Below are positions 13,098-27,303 of a stretch of DNA of 64,000 nt, piece after piece. The stretch comes from Octopus sinensis. Taxonomy: Eukaryota. The position numbers were made by a program, and so were the translations under genes. The stretch spans positions 11,036,001-11,100,000 of the forward strand of contig NC_043013.1 in the NCBI RefSeq assembly GCF_006345805.1, read 5' to 3'. Position 1 is the first letter of the stretch. The number at the start of each line of letters is the position of its first letter. The notes beneath the pieces were generated by a model. That model had not been told where the DNA came from, searched no databases, and worked only from the letters and a program-made list of their open reading frames with translations.

Positions 13098-15039
13098 ACA
13101 ATGGCGAATATAAACGTATCAGTATGGCCGCGTGATTAAGAAAGCAGCTTTACAATTCAAATCCGCAGTATTTTGAGTAAATATCTTTTACTGTAGCTCA
13201 GGATAAACCAATAACTTTTGAGTTAACTTGGTAGACGGAAACTGCATGTAAGGCTTTGTTTCTTTACTGCTTGACAACCGGTGTTGTTTTGTTTGCATCT
13301 CCCGATAGAATATCTACCAAAGTTAAAAATAAGTACAGTTTTCTATCTGATCGAGTAAAGCCGTTCAAGGCGATGCTCGAACATGGTTGCCCTGCAATAA
13401 GTGGAACAAGTAAAAAAACAAAAAAAAAAGAGCAAGAAAGAGACACATAAATATACCGAAGGAGGAAGAGAATGAGAGAAATGAAAAAAATGAGAGGAAG
13501 ACAAAAGGATTGACTTATAGATATAACTAATATGATGTTAGATTATTTATTGTATTATTGATATAATAGCTAAGTTAGTGCTGTACTTTACGATTAAAGT
13601 ACAACTTAACTATAGCGATTGGTATCATTTATCATGTCTAATCCATGACGCTGAGAGCAGCAAATTATATTTTGTCGAACTCAAGGTCATGAGTAGAATA
13701 TAATGAGTCAGACTTTTTTCTGAGAGCTTTATTGCAAATGAGTTATATATATATATATATTATTATATATATATATATACATATACACATACACATACAT
13801 ATATACATATATATATATGTATGTACGCATGTATGTATGTATGCATGTATGTATGTATGTATGTATGTATGTATGTATGTATGTATGTATGTATGTTTTC
13901 TGATATATTCCGTTATGATAAAATCACGTCTACATTATCTGAAGGGTTACACCAAGCTTTTCCAAAGTACAAATTCATTATCTATTAACAAAAATAGTTT
14001 TGACAGTGACACTTCTAAGAATGCAAGAAATATGGTCATATTGTCGATATTTACAGATGACTAACGCAGAATTCTGTAATCATTCACAGCAAGAGACAGG
14101 TAATATGTTCTCCTGTAAAGAACTTTCGTTGCCATTCACTTAAACAACTGACACCACCGCCTCAAAATTCGAATAAATAGCGGAGCTCGAGCCATCGAGC
14201 ACATCCATAGCTGGTACACTATGAACATTTCCCCAGTGCATCAAAGGGACTTCTGGGGGAGGCAAAAGCAATAAGAGAAAAGATATGAAAGACATACGGT
14301 GTTGTGTATATAGGAATTATCTGAGAGGTTCTGGCACCAAAATTCAAGTTTGAAAGTCATAGCACACCCTAAACTGGACGTAACTTCCAAGCTACAAATA
14401 CCCCATACTTGGCTACACAGATCCCTAAATCTCAAAATGTAACACCTTAGCATTCACAGACTTCACTTAACTAAATTTTGTTCCCCAAATTTAGAGATCA
14501 GCAAAGGATAGATATTGATGCATTCAAAATATACATGCAGAAATTTCAATCTGATAGCTTACGTAACACATACGTCGCTGTAATAAAAACAAATATCAAC
14601 AGAAACTTGTTTCGAACTCAAAACACTAATACAGACATAACACATAAATAAAATGAAAATAATTATCGACATCGGAGGTTAGAAGATTAATATCAATAGG
14701 AATTGAGCTCAATTTATATTTACAAAATGTATACATTTTGCCAGTCACATAACTAGAATTCTGTTAATTCACGAATCTTAAAATATTAGTATAACAGTCA
14801 CCGTAAAACCAGGGACACCTAAATTTTTAGCGGGAGACTTACTGTCGTTTAAATCGGTTCCAATGCACTAATGGTAAAATAAATATTTTATGAGGTCTAG
14901 AATGATAAAAGACGAAGAGGTCATTAGAGGAAATTTTATGCAGAACCAAAAGCAACAGAACATTTCTTCAGGTTTTACTGATAGAGCTAATTCAAATTTA
15001 AGCGCAGGCAATATATTTCAGGCGCGGATATAGCTATGT

Positions 15040-15295
15040 AGGAGGCGCAATGGCCCAGTGGTTAGGGCAGCGGACTCACGGTCATAGGATCGCGGTTTCG
15101 ATTCCCAGACCGGGCGTTGTGAGTGTTTATTGAGCGAAAACACCTAAAGCTCTTTTCCTTTAAGTTTCCGTAACTTAGCGGTTCGGCCCAAGGACCGATA
15201 TAACAACACCCGACTTAAACAATATGGCGTCGATTATTCAACTAAACTTTTGGAGGTTTCAGCATGGCCACGGTGCAAAGACTGAAGGACGAAAA
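15040..15295 (+). mobile_element. Chimeric SINE: family C head joined to diverged family B 3' half
   Basis: Head matches the 12.7-13.1 kb element up to CACCTAAAGCTC, then CGTAACTTAGCGGTTCGG...CAGCATGGCCAC of family B. Confidence 0.65.
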
Positions 15296-15598
15296 AGATA
15301 AGAGACAAGCAAAAATATTCTAATATATATGAATGTATGTATGTAGATGTACATATATATCTATATATCTATAATCTATATATATATATATATATATATA
15401 ATATAATATAATATAACACATACACGCACATATATATGCATATATGGGTACAGGACGTCACAGTAAACAACATGAAATACGAATACAAATGAGTGAAATA
15501 TGCAAATAACGAGAGAAAAAGGACAAGTAATACAAAGAATGACCCTTCATCAGTTGGCGGCTGTCTATCCTGATCTCCATTTCTCTCTCTCTCTCTTC

Positions 15599-15650
<52 letters not shown>

Positions 15651-15918
15651 GAGAGAGAGAGATGCAGCGACGAAAAAGAATTTTGACAAATTAAACTTAA
15701 ATGTTGAAGTGAATCGAACGGCTTTTGTGTGTTTCTTAAATGGATTACAAACACCTTCCACGCTGCAATTGTTTTCGTTTGAGCGCACGATCTCAGATCA
15801 AATCACTTGCTATGCAAGTACATCTCCGTAATATATATATATATATATATTTTCCGTTTGTTTCAGCTCAGAGCTGCGGCCTGTGATGCACTGCCGTTTT
15901 GTGCTACACTCTTATTAC

Positions 15919-15966
<48 letters not shown>

Positions 15967-16066
15967 NNNNNNNNNNNNNNNNNNNNNNNNNNNNNNNNNN
16001 NNNNNNNNNNNNNNNNNNNNNNNNNNNNNNNNNNNNNNNNNNNNNNNNNNNNNNNNNNNNNNNNNN
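15967..16066. other. Assembly gap (100 N, true size unknown)
   Basis: Exactly 100 N after a long (TA)n run, ending inside the homeobox. Confidence 0.99.
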
Positions 16067-16317
16067 TGACACGGAAGCGAAGGATTGAAGTGCCCATGCG
16101 CTGGAATTTATCGGAAAGACAGGTGAAAATCTGGTTCCAGAACCGAAGAATGAAATTAAAGAAAGAAAAACAACAGATTCGGGAATTAAACGTAGCCTGC
16201 CGCCCGAACGCAGGGAGATTAACAAACAATAGCAGTGATTCGGAGGAAAACGATGTGAAAGTCGAATTAAGAAAGAGCAACTTTGACTGTCAACCTCAAT
16301 TATCTCCGACTACGTAA
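16067..16317 (+). CDS. Lox4: 3' part of a central-class (Ubx/abd-A-like) Hox homeobox, most likely Lox4; 5' end lost in assembly gap
   Basis: Translation from 16069: TRKRRIEV(PMRW)[29 protein letters not shown], then about 40 aa to TAA at 16315-16317. Helix 3 [10 protein letters not shown] is the Antp-class signature. [11 protein letters not shown] is a Ubd-A-type parapeptide. RKRRIEV and QQIxELN fit lophotrochozoan Lox4 better than Lox2, from recalled family knowledge. Hox identity is near certain; paralog identity about 0.8. Confidence 0.85.
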
Positions 16318-16537
16318 CTACATGACAGAAAACGGTCACAGCAGGGACCAAACGCCTTGCGGTATTTAGTTACGGAACTTATATGTTCTGAATTGAAATC
16401 CCGCCGGGGTTTACTTTGCCTTTCATCCCTTCGGGGTCGATAAAATAAAGTACCAGTCATGTACTGGGGTCGATGTAATCGACTGATCCTCCTCTCCCCG
16501 TCAGAATTGCTGGCCTTGTGCCGAACTTAGAAACAAT

Positions 16538-16645
16538 CATCGTCATCGACGTTGTCATCATTCTCATCATCATCATAATCATCATCATCATCATTATCAT
16601 CATCATCGTCGTCATCTTCGTCGTCGTCGTTATCGTCATCATCGT
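16538..16645. repeat. (ATC/GTC)n trinucleotide microsatellite downstream of the Hox stop
   Basis: Direct inspection. Confidence 0.95.
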
Positions 16646-19057
16646 GCTCGATTCTCGCCGAGGTCAACTTTGGGTTTTCATCCCTCCAGGGTCGATGAAA
16701 ATGGAGTACCACTCAAGTACTTGGGTCGATATAATCGATTCAACTACTGTTCTTAATACTGCTGGCCATGTACCTAACTTAGTAACGAAATAATAAGAAT
16801 TTTCATCTTCATCGTCACTACGTGGTCGATTCTAACTAAGTTTAACGTTGACTTTCACAGATCCGAGGTCGAAAAAAATTAAGTATCAGTTCCGAAATCC
16901 CAGTTCTCGATCAAAATGATCGGCTAAACCCTTTCCTCCCTCAAAATAATTTTTCTAATCATCACACGAGGCCCTGTACCTCTCTTAAAAATAATTACTA
17001 AAAATATATAACTATTATTATTGCTTAACGGCATTTCATCTGACTTTGCTGTCTGAGATCAAATGCCGAAGTCATCTTTGCTTTTCATCCTTTCGTGGTC
17101 GATAAAATAAGTATCAGTTAAGCACTGGGGTCGATGTAATCGACTAGCCCCCCCCCCCCCCCCACTCCCGCGAAATTTCAGACCTTTTGCCGATACCAGA
17201 AATAATTATTAACATTATTGTTAGTGGACGAATGGCGACGAGCTGGCAGAATCGTTAGCATGCCAGCTAAAATGCTTAGCGGAATTTTGTCAGCCGCTAC
17301 GTTCTGAGTTCAAATTCCGCCAGGGTCGATGTTACCTTTCATCCTTTCTGGGTCGATAAATTAAGTACCATTTGAGTGGGGAGAGAAATTGATGTAATCG
17401 ACTAGTCCTTTAACACCAAATTTTAGGCCCTCTACTTCCAGTACAGGGACGAAGTGGGAGAATGGTTTGTGATATTTTGGGTGCATTTCAGTTTTTGTTA
17501 TTCTGATTTCAAATACCATCACAGTCAACTTTAACTAACATCGTCTATTACGTTCCTCCAAAATTTCTGATCCTTTAGCAAATCTTACGAACAATTAGGG
17601 GCTGTAGATTTGTAGAACCATTAGAGTGATGAATAAAATCTGCTTGCAGTTTATGTTCCATCTCTTTACGTTTTGGGGTCCCTTGCCACCAAGGTAAGCT
17701 TTGTTTTTCATCCTGCACATAAAATAATGTACGAGTCAAATACTGTGGTAGGGAATTATCATAAAATACACTAGCTTTCCTCTGAATAATAGCAGCCGAG
17801 TCAATCTAAGATAAAAAAAAAAAAAAAATTTTTTTTAAAGTTAAATTTCGTAGACGAACTGAAAAAAATATTATTATTCTTTCGTTTTTCCGGGTCCGAA
17901 AATCCCTTGAGTCGACTTTGCGTGTTTGTCATAACCAGGTTGATTGATAAAGTAAACCCCAATTTAATACTGCGAAACTGCGATTATGTTTAATTATCAT
18001 ATTTGGAGGCATATAAGACACCTGTCAACCCTACCATACCGACGACCACACACAAAGAAAAAGTTCCCAAACAATTACTCCGGGTCTTATATCCGAAGAT
18101 GGGCCTCTCATGAGTTCATTTTGTCCCAGACGCTTTTTTCTTTTGAATAAGCGCTGCTGAAATTAGAGCGCATCTGATATGCCTGTTCGTCTTTTATTCC
18201 ACCAAATACGATAATTACGTTTGTTCTCGGTTCCTCACTCTAAACAGCTGCAAGCCCTTTAGCTTTATGCTAACGATAGAAATAATAATAATTGTTTTTG
18301 ATATAGGCACAAGGCCAACAATTTTAAAGGTGGAGGTTTAGTTAAATTGACTCTAGTATTTGACTTGTATTTCACTAATCGACCCGCAAAGATAAAAAGT
18401 AAAGTATCATATATTACCATGGTTTTGTTGATAGGAGTCATGTGGCAGGTGTTGTACGCTTGAAAAATATTTTATTTATATTTTGTTATTTTGCTTATAT
18501 CATCTTCGTTCTCAAGTTACTTTAAAAAAAAATGAAAAACAAAAGTTTTAAAAGATTTTTTTTATTTTCGGGGTACAAAAAGGAAAAAAAGGTAAGGTAT
18601 ATAAAAGCAACGGTAACAACAACATAAGGTTCCGATTGTATTGGTAGAATCAGTGAAGCAACAGATAAAATTGCCTTGAAGTATATTATTTATTCAAATC
18701 TCGTTACATCTTAGCCATCTTTATCATTCTTTCGTTAACCTTGAGAAACAACCAAGCACTAGTGTCGAAGTAGATCCTTATTAGCTCCCTTCCAAAAAAA
18801 AAAAAAAAGAAGCTTGAGGCTTTGTGTCGGCAGAACCATTACTGTGCCGAACAAAATGCATAGTAAATAGTAAATGCATCCATCTTCGTATTCTGAGTTC
18901 AAATTCCGTCGAGGTCGACTTTGTTTTCCATCCCTTTCGGGATCGATAAATTAAGTACGAGTGAAACTCTCGGATCGATGTAATCGGCTATCTGTCGCCT
19001 CAAAATTTCAGGCCTTGTGCCTTTAGTAGAAAGGATTATTATTATTATTATTATTAC

Positions 19058-19088
<31 letters not shown>

Positions 19089-19880
19089 TCTACTGTATTT
19101 AGTTACGGCTTATTCATTTTACTCAAAGTTGACCTGCGAATTTAAATCACTCAGAGGTCAACATTATCTTTCATTCTCCAGGAATAGATTAACCAAATTA
19201 ACAGTCAAGACCGATATGAATCATTCGCTTAATTCTGCTCCATAGAACTGTGGTATTGTTCCTGCTTTGTTAGGAATTATAAAAATGGATAAAATCATTT
19301 GAAAGTTGAAAAAAAAAAAGCGCTTCTATTTGTTTTGAGACTTTCTGTTCTGTATTCAAATCTGGTAAAGGTTACCTCTTCCTTTCATCTTTCTGGAGTC
19401 GATAAAGTAAATTAACGATAAAGTAGTGGAGCCCTTGCACCTATGTTAGAGCGTCGAACAAAATGCTTTACGGAAATTTCTTTGACTCTTTAAGTTCTCC
19501 CGTAGAGGCCAGCTTCGCCTTTCATCCTTCTGGTATGGAAACAATGAAGAACTCATCAAGTATTAGATTCGTTATGATAGACTAAAAGTTTGGGCCCCGT
19601 GCTTCCAAGTTGACGTTGTGGTACCCCAATCCAAGATATCATGGCCATTTTAACTCTGTTGAACATGAAAGGAGCTTGTGCTTGTTTGGACTGGTTCGAG
19701 AGGATTATAATTTTATAGGTATAGTTTTGCTTTTCTAACAACGCACTATTTAACACTTGTATCCAAAACACCTTCACAAAAGTTTCTTTTCGTCAATAAC
19801 TTGTCTTTTGTCTTTAATTCCAACCATTCCTATAGCGTCTACACAGTCAATTGCAATTGCCATATCTTCCTTAGTTTTTA

Positions 19881-19945
<65 letters not shown>

Positions 19946-20381
19946 ATCTCTCATTTCACAGGCTAATGTCACTGCTCTCTCTCCCGTTTTCTTTTTTGAA
20001 GTTGTAGTTCTTGTGTGTTTTTCTCATTGGTACAAAGTTTCATTTTTAATAATCTAGACCGGGTTCTGTTCGTAATATTTTTAATTAAAACTTTCAATGG
20101 GTGAAATTACCCATGCGATTCCTGTGCATGAGTGTATGGGTGTGTTAGGGGTGGGGGCTGTGTGTGTGTGTGTGTGTGGTGTGTGTGTGTGTGAGAGAGA
20201 GAGATAGAAACATTTATTCTTTTTTTCAGTTTTAGACTGCAAAAATGTGAACATATACGTTTTCTTCCACTACTGTCGTCCTTGCAAAAGTCGTACTATA
20301 TATTCATACATACACACACACACATACGTACATGCTCACATACATACATACACACGCATACATGCATACACACACACATGC

Positions 20382-20418
<37 letters not shown>

Positions 20419-20432
20419 ATATATATATACAG

Positions 20433-20685
20433 TGGAGCGCGTGGCTTAGTGTTTAGGGTGTGTCAGCATCATGATTGTAAGATTGTGGTTTCGATTCCTG
20501 GACCGGGCGATGCGTTGTGTTCTTGAGCAAAACACTTCATTTCACATTGCTCCAGTTCACTCAGCTGGCAAAAATGCGTAACGCTGCGATGGACTGATGT
20601 CCCATCCAGCTCGGGAACAAATACGCCATTGGAACCGGGAAACCTGGCCCATGAGCCTGGCTAGGCTTTAAAAGGGTGCATCTAT
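20433..20685 (+). mobile_element. tRNA-head SINE family D with V-domain-like centre
   Basis: tRNA head plus CTGCGATGGACTGATGTCCCATCCAG, resembling the V-SINE domain; related copies at about 480-660, 44.73-45.02 and 63.44-63.74 kb (minus). Confidence 0.75.
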
Positions 20686-21449
20686 TTATTATTATATATA
20701 TATATACATACATACACACACAAATAAACATGTTCTTAATAAAAGACAAATAAGATCCACTTTTTTTATATAAAAAGAAGTCTCGAGGTCCCATAAAAAG
20801 AGGTCCCATCTTACACACTTGAATACTCTTAAAAAAAAACTTTTTTCTCCTGAATATGCTCTGTAGAAAATAGGGTGCGACTAATATGCCCGTGCATCTT
20901 TTATACGGCATGTGTGTGCTTGTAAGTGTGTGTGTGTGTGTAAGTACGTGAACCCTTCTCTCCTTTTACTCCCACGTCATTCCAGTTGTACCCCGTCTGA
21001 TATTTTGCTACATGGACAATCCGTTTTCCTTTGCTAAGTTACTGCTAAGACCATCAATGCTTTAGAACAATCATTCTCAGAAATCTTTTTTTTTTATCCG
21101 CAGACAGCAGTCGATGAACTCTTAATGTCTTTCATAGTCTGCGCAGGTCTGACGTCACTTCCGTCCCTCTCAATTTATTCCACGTACTTGTTTCTACTTA
21201 ATGACGAAACAAGTTTTCCTGGATTATGAGTTACAACTTGACAATTCATAATTTTTTTTTCTTTTTATCTCACCTGGTTAGTTCGAGATCTGTGGCTCCC
21301 CCAGGTATCATCGTGCAGGTAAACTTGCTTAGAATACATTCGTTTGCTCAATCAGTAATCAAATTGAATATAAAGTTTCATAAATTTTCGTTTATTTGCT
21401 TGCCGTAGATGTACCTATTAATGTAAGAGAACGTATGTGGTATACAGTT

Positions 21450-21673
21450 AAGGCGGCGAGCTGGCAGAAACATTAGCACGCCTGGTGAAATGCTTAGCAG
21501 CATTTCGTCTGCCGCTACGTTCTGAGTTGAAATTCCGCCCTGGTCGACTTTGCCTTTCATCCTTTCGGGGTCGATTAAATAAGTACCAATTACGCACTGG
21601 AGTCGATATAATCGACTTAATCCGTTTGCTTGTCCCCTCTGTGTGTAGCCCCTTGTGGGCAGTGAAGAAATAA
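21450..21673 (+). mobile_element. Full-length SINE family A
   Basis: AAGGCGGCGAGCTGGCAGAAAC...GCCCCTTGTGGGCAGTGAAGAAATA; GTATACAG occurs on both flanks. Confidence 0.9.
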
Positions 21674-23075
21674 GTATACAGCATAGAATTATTAAACTTA
21701 ATACCAATAATATTGCCTAATGTATTTCATTCCTTCTGAGGTGGTTTGCTGATTTTGTTTTGATTGTAAGTTAAACCCCGCTTTTCTGAACACGGGAAAA
21801 TGCTCATGTATGTTTTTGTAGGGAGTACTTGGTATGGTCGGTCCTCTTTTCATTGTGAGTGACAATCATGTTCATGTCTAGTTAACGTTTTTTTCCCCTT
21901 TCATCTATCTGACGTTGAATAAAAGATGTACTTATGACAATCTGTGAAATTGATGAAAATCCGAAACAGCAGTGCCCCAGTATGGCTGCGGTATATCAAT
22001 CAGAAATAACTGTGAGCATTGGAATGAGTAACAAGAGGAGGGGGGCATGGGGCAAGGGTCTGAAAATCGTTTTGTTGAGTGTTAGGAATACTGAAATATT
22101 TGAATTATAAATTTGTAAAATCAGACAAAATACTTAACAGTTGGGCACAACGATGTACAAAATATTTAGCTTGTATATTTTGCTGTCATTGTTAATGTTA
22201 TTTGCTGATAGAAGCGGTACACTATGTTGTATACGCCTTGTCATGTTATGAGTTCAAAATCCGGCTTGGATTCTGAACCTTCCAGACATTTTTAAAATAA
22301 GGACAGTTTATACTGAGTCCATTTAATCATAAACTTTTGTAAAGTTTGGTCATGTGTCAAAACTAGAAATCATTATTACCAAGAATAGTGCTGCAGTTGT
22401 CCAGGTTGATTTTAGTTCATCAGGCCTGTGAGCAAAGGCGTTCTAACCATGACAATCCCATCTCTTGTTTACAGATATCATTTGCCTGTTTAGTATTACT
22501 CTGTCTAATGTAGTTTCCCTTTATGTTCTGAATGTAAATCTCGCCTTGGATTTCAACTTAGCTTTTATCCAAAAGTTCATAAACTATCAAATACTGGCAT
22601 GTGCACGCTGATTGTTAACAAAAGCATCACTTATATAAACGGTGTCGTTTGTTTGCAGTTCACCTGAAAGCATGTCCGAGCTGTTTCTTATTCGATAGAA
22701 TAGGGAATGATGCTTTGCTTCGAAACAGGAGAGGGTTGGCTTCAAGGAGGGTACTCAGCCGTAGAAACTTCTATCTCAAGGGACTTTCTTCCAATACATG
22801 CGGGCATGGAAAAATAGACGTTAATACGATATTCAAGTTGTTGATGACTGACATCTATTTTATAATCGAATTTCTTCCAGTCCCAGCCTTGTGTCTGCCA
22901 ATCCTAGAAACCAATGGTATGAATATTGATGTAGTATAACATCAGGTTCATCCTAATATATCTGCTCCCTAATCAAAAGCGTTCCAACTATGACCATCCT
23001 ATCATTTGTTTTCCAAACATCATGTGTCCAATACTTCATTGTACGAATGTCATCTTTGATGCCATCTGTCTTTCT

Positions 23076-23126
<51 letters not shown>

Positions 23127-23987
23127 TCATTCTCACTCTCTCCTTCCTCTCATTCTCTCCCTCTCTCGGGAATAGGGTTTGATGTAAATGAAACATGATT
23201 GCATTTTTATAACTTGAGCGATCATGTAAATGTTCAATTTTTTTTTTAACTCATGAAATGTAACTGTTGTGGTTGATGCTGTTGGCGACGATTGTGGTGG
23301 TGGTAGTGATGGTGACTGAGAATCTAGAGCGCCGGACTAATTAGATTACTAAAATTCACTTGATTCGACTCTTTTTCTTTTCTGTGTTGCAATCTTGCCG
23401 CGGTTGACTGAGTTTTATTACTCCGGAATCTTTTAAAACACTAGTAAGCTACGTAAACATATCGAGTATTCATTCCCGTCAGCATTTGGCCTAAATTATT
23501 GTGCTTTTTATTATCATCATTATCATTATTATTATTATTATTGTTATGGCGTTGAATGGCAATCAAGAAATGGAGTTAATTAAATCAATTACGTCACTCC
23601 TTCCCCGTCTCTAAATGTCTGCCCTTGAGACTGTATATTCCTTATCTGTCGTTGGCGGCGCTGTTGTTGCTTCTCTCACTTTTAGTCGGTTTACCTCACT
23701 TTCTCATTAATTATGTGTATCGTCGATGGTGCTGTCCCAAACATTTAAGGTACCCGTGGCCAATATAAGAAATTATTATTGTAAGGGTGGAGGACTAGCA
23801 AAAATCCTTACAGCACAAAACACAATATCTTGCAGTACTTGTCCCAGATTATTATGCTTTCATTTCATAATTCAGCCAAGGTTAACTTTGGGGTCGATTA
23901 ATAAAGTACAAGTCAATTACTTGGGATTAATGGAATTGACTATACTCGTTCCCACTATTTTCTGACCTTGTAGTTAGAGTACAAAAG

Positions 23988-24064
<77 letters not shown>

Positions 24065-25766
24065 TATGATCTTTATTATTATTGCGAGGGTGAAGATCCA
24101 GCAGAATCGTTAGCACACCGGGCAAAATACTTAACGGCATTTCGCCTGTCTTAACGTTCTGAGTTCAAATTCTGTCGAGGTCAACTTTGCCTTTCATCCA
24201 TTTCTAGATTGATAAAATGCATACTACTTAAGCATTTGGGGTCAATGATATAAACTAGCTTTTTTCCCTCCAAATTTAGGCCTCGCGCCTATAGCAAAAC
24301 GATTATCATAGTGATGAACAAGGAGGCAAACTGGCAGAGGCGTTAAACCTTCGGAAACTGTTTTTTGGCTATATTTCTTCTGGCTCTTTACGTTCTGGGT
24401 TCAAATTGTACCTGGATCAATTTATCTTTTCATTCGTGCGGGCTTGTTAAAATTAACTACCTGTTATGTAATGTGGTCTTTAGTATCCGGGCAGAAACGT
24501 TAGCACGCCGGGCGAAATGCTTAGCGGTATTTCGTCTGTCTTTACGTTCTGAGATGAAATTCCGCCGAGGTCGACTTTGCCTTTCATCCTTTCGGGGTCG
24601 ATAAATTAAGTACCAGTTGCGTACTGGGGTCGATCTAATCGACTGGTCCCCTCACTGAAAATTTCTGGGCCTTTTGCCTAGAGTAGAAAAGTATCCACTT
24701 ACACTCCCCCTTCAAAACTACTGGCCTTGTATCTAAATCCGAAATATTTTTAAGCAATGAATTAAGGAAAATTTGGTAAATACAATCGATTGTTTTCTCC
24801 TAAAATGACTTGTGGTATTTCGTTACTCATTTTGTCGTTGCGGGTTCGAATTCAACTGAGGTTGACTTCAGCTTTCATCCTTATGGAAACAGGGTTGGGT
24901 GTTGATAGAATATAACTCCATTCCAGTTCTGGGGTCGATATAATCAAATATACACTCCCCTTCTCTACAAAAATGGGTGTTCTGTGTCAACAATTACGAA
25001 TAATGATTAATAAGGCAGTGACCGGCAGAATCTGTAGAGCATCGGACAAAATACATTTGTGTGCTATATAGTTAACTCCCGCTCAAAATGACCACGCTTT
25101 GCAACCTTCGAGAGTGGGAAAGAAGGGGTGGGTTGATATTAATAAAAGTATCAATCAATTATTGAGATCTATAGAATCGAATGTGGCTATGTTAGAAGCA
25201 TTAATTTAATAATTTTTTTTTTTAATTGTATCACAGTAGTAAATTAAATTATCTGCTATATATCCATAGGACAATGCTTGAAAATGAAAAAATATAACAT
25301 ACTGCACACCGATAAAAAAAAATATATGTAAAAGAAAAAAAAAGACCAAAAAAATGTATTGAGATATATTTTTTGTTGTATCTTATTTTTTTTTTTTCTG
25401 TTCTGTTGTATATTGTTTTTAAATGAAATTGAGTGAGTTTTGATGTTGAAAAAGACAAATGTGGAATTTGTACGGTACTAAAAGAAAGAAGAAAAAAAAA
25501 GTACCTGAGAAAGGTAAAAAAAAGAAAAAAAATATTGATGAAAGAGAAACAAAAGAAAAACATGAAACAAACGAGAATTAAAAATGTGTTTTGAAATGGT
25601 GACCCAAAAATTTTAATTAAATACAAAAATGAAAATAATAAATATAACTTGACGACGAATCTCTAAACCGAAAGTAATATTTTATTGGAATATTTGAATT
25701 AACGTAAGTAATGTACTTATGTGATATATATATGTATGTATATACGTGTATATATATATATGTAAG

Positions 25767-25822
<56 letters not shown>

Positions 25823-25944
25823 AATATCCGTAAATATAAGCACCTGTATTATACATAAATATATATACACACAGATATACATATATATGTATATATAATA
25901 CATGCATATATATATATGTATATGTATGTATACATGCATATATA

Positions 25945-25988
<44 letters not shown>

Positions 25989-26585
25989 TGTGTATATGTA
26001 TATGTATGTATACATACATATATTATATTTATATTATAATATATATACAGAGACACAGACACAAACATACACACACTCACACATAGAACCGCCCAGTTAA
26101 CGAGAAAACTTTTCTTTGCATTTTTTTTGTGGGGGATGGGGCAAAGTTTATAACAGTAATAATTATTATTATTTTCTTTGTATGGTCATATTTAAATGAA
26201 AATTAAATAAAAAATGATAATATTATTGAAAAATTATATACTATATTATACTATATTATATTATACTATATTATATTATATCATATTATATTATGTGAAG
26301 AATACAAAATCTAAGAAATATAATATTGAAATTTTTAATCTTAAAAAAAAGAGAATAAAATTGAGATACAGAGCAAGGGTTGTTATTTTCTTTCATTTAT
26401 TGTTATTGAATGGAAATGCAATGGATTTTCTACGGATATTTTGTATTCTTTTATTTGTTTCAGTCATTCGAAAAAATCCCCCCCTCCCTGGATTTATTCT
26501 TTTTAAGCCTAGTACTTATTCGATCGATCTCTTATCGGTTGTCAAGCGATGGTCAGAGGACAAATACAGAGACACAAACATATTC

Positions 26586-26621
<36 letters not shown>

Positions 26622-27026
26622 GACGGGATTCTTTCAGTTTCCACTTACAAAAACCATTTGCAAGGCTTTGGTCGGCCCGAAGCTATAGTAGAAGACATTT
26701 GCCCAAGGTACTTCGCAGTGGGACTGAACCTGGAACCGTGTGGTTGGTAAGCAAGCTACTTACCACACAGCCACGTCTATTTCACCATTAATCTTTCTTT
26801 CAGTCATTAACCTACTGCCAGGTTGTGAGTACCACTTTGAATTGTTTGATCGAACAAACCGTCGCCCTCCACCTACTCTGCTTAAGTTTATTTTATTTTT
26901 AAGTGTGGTGCTTCTTCTATCGGACCGTTTCTTGCAGAGCCATTATGGGGACGTAAGCACCCCAAGACCGGTATTTGCAACGAGAAAAAGAAGGAACGGT
27001 ACAAGCACAAATTCACACACACACAC

Positions 27027-27067
<41 letters not shown>

Positions 27068-27218
27068 GGTTTAAGCAATTAAGATTCAAATGAGTTCTAT
27101 TGAATTCACAAGAAGATGGTACTTGACTTGGATGCACCAGAAATTTATATGGTGTTAACCATACGATAAAGTGGGGTGATTACAAATAGGAAAAAAGCAA
27201 CAAGAATGGATCAAAATA

Positions 27219-27303
27219 TCGGTACAATTGTTTCGTACGAAGACATCTTTAATAAGGCTACAAAAATTGCAGTAAATATAGATGGCTCGTACTCATCAGC
27301 CGA
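27219..27303 (-). ncRNA. Mirror copy of the hammerhead ribozyme motif in the left arm of the inverted repeat
   Basis: Reverse complement of 27981-28065 (+ strand reads TCGGTACAATTGTTTCGTACGA...TCGTACTCATCAGCCGA). Confidence 0.8.

Noticed and set aside
15883-16066. N-terminal part of the 144-aa ORF joined to the homeobox
   Set aside because: It runs through a SINE-like fragment, a TA run and the N gap; the continuity is artificial.
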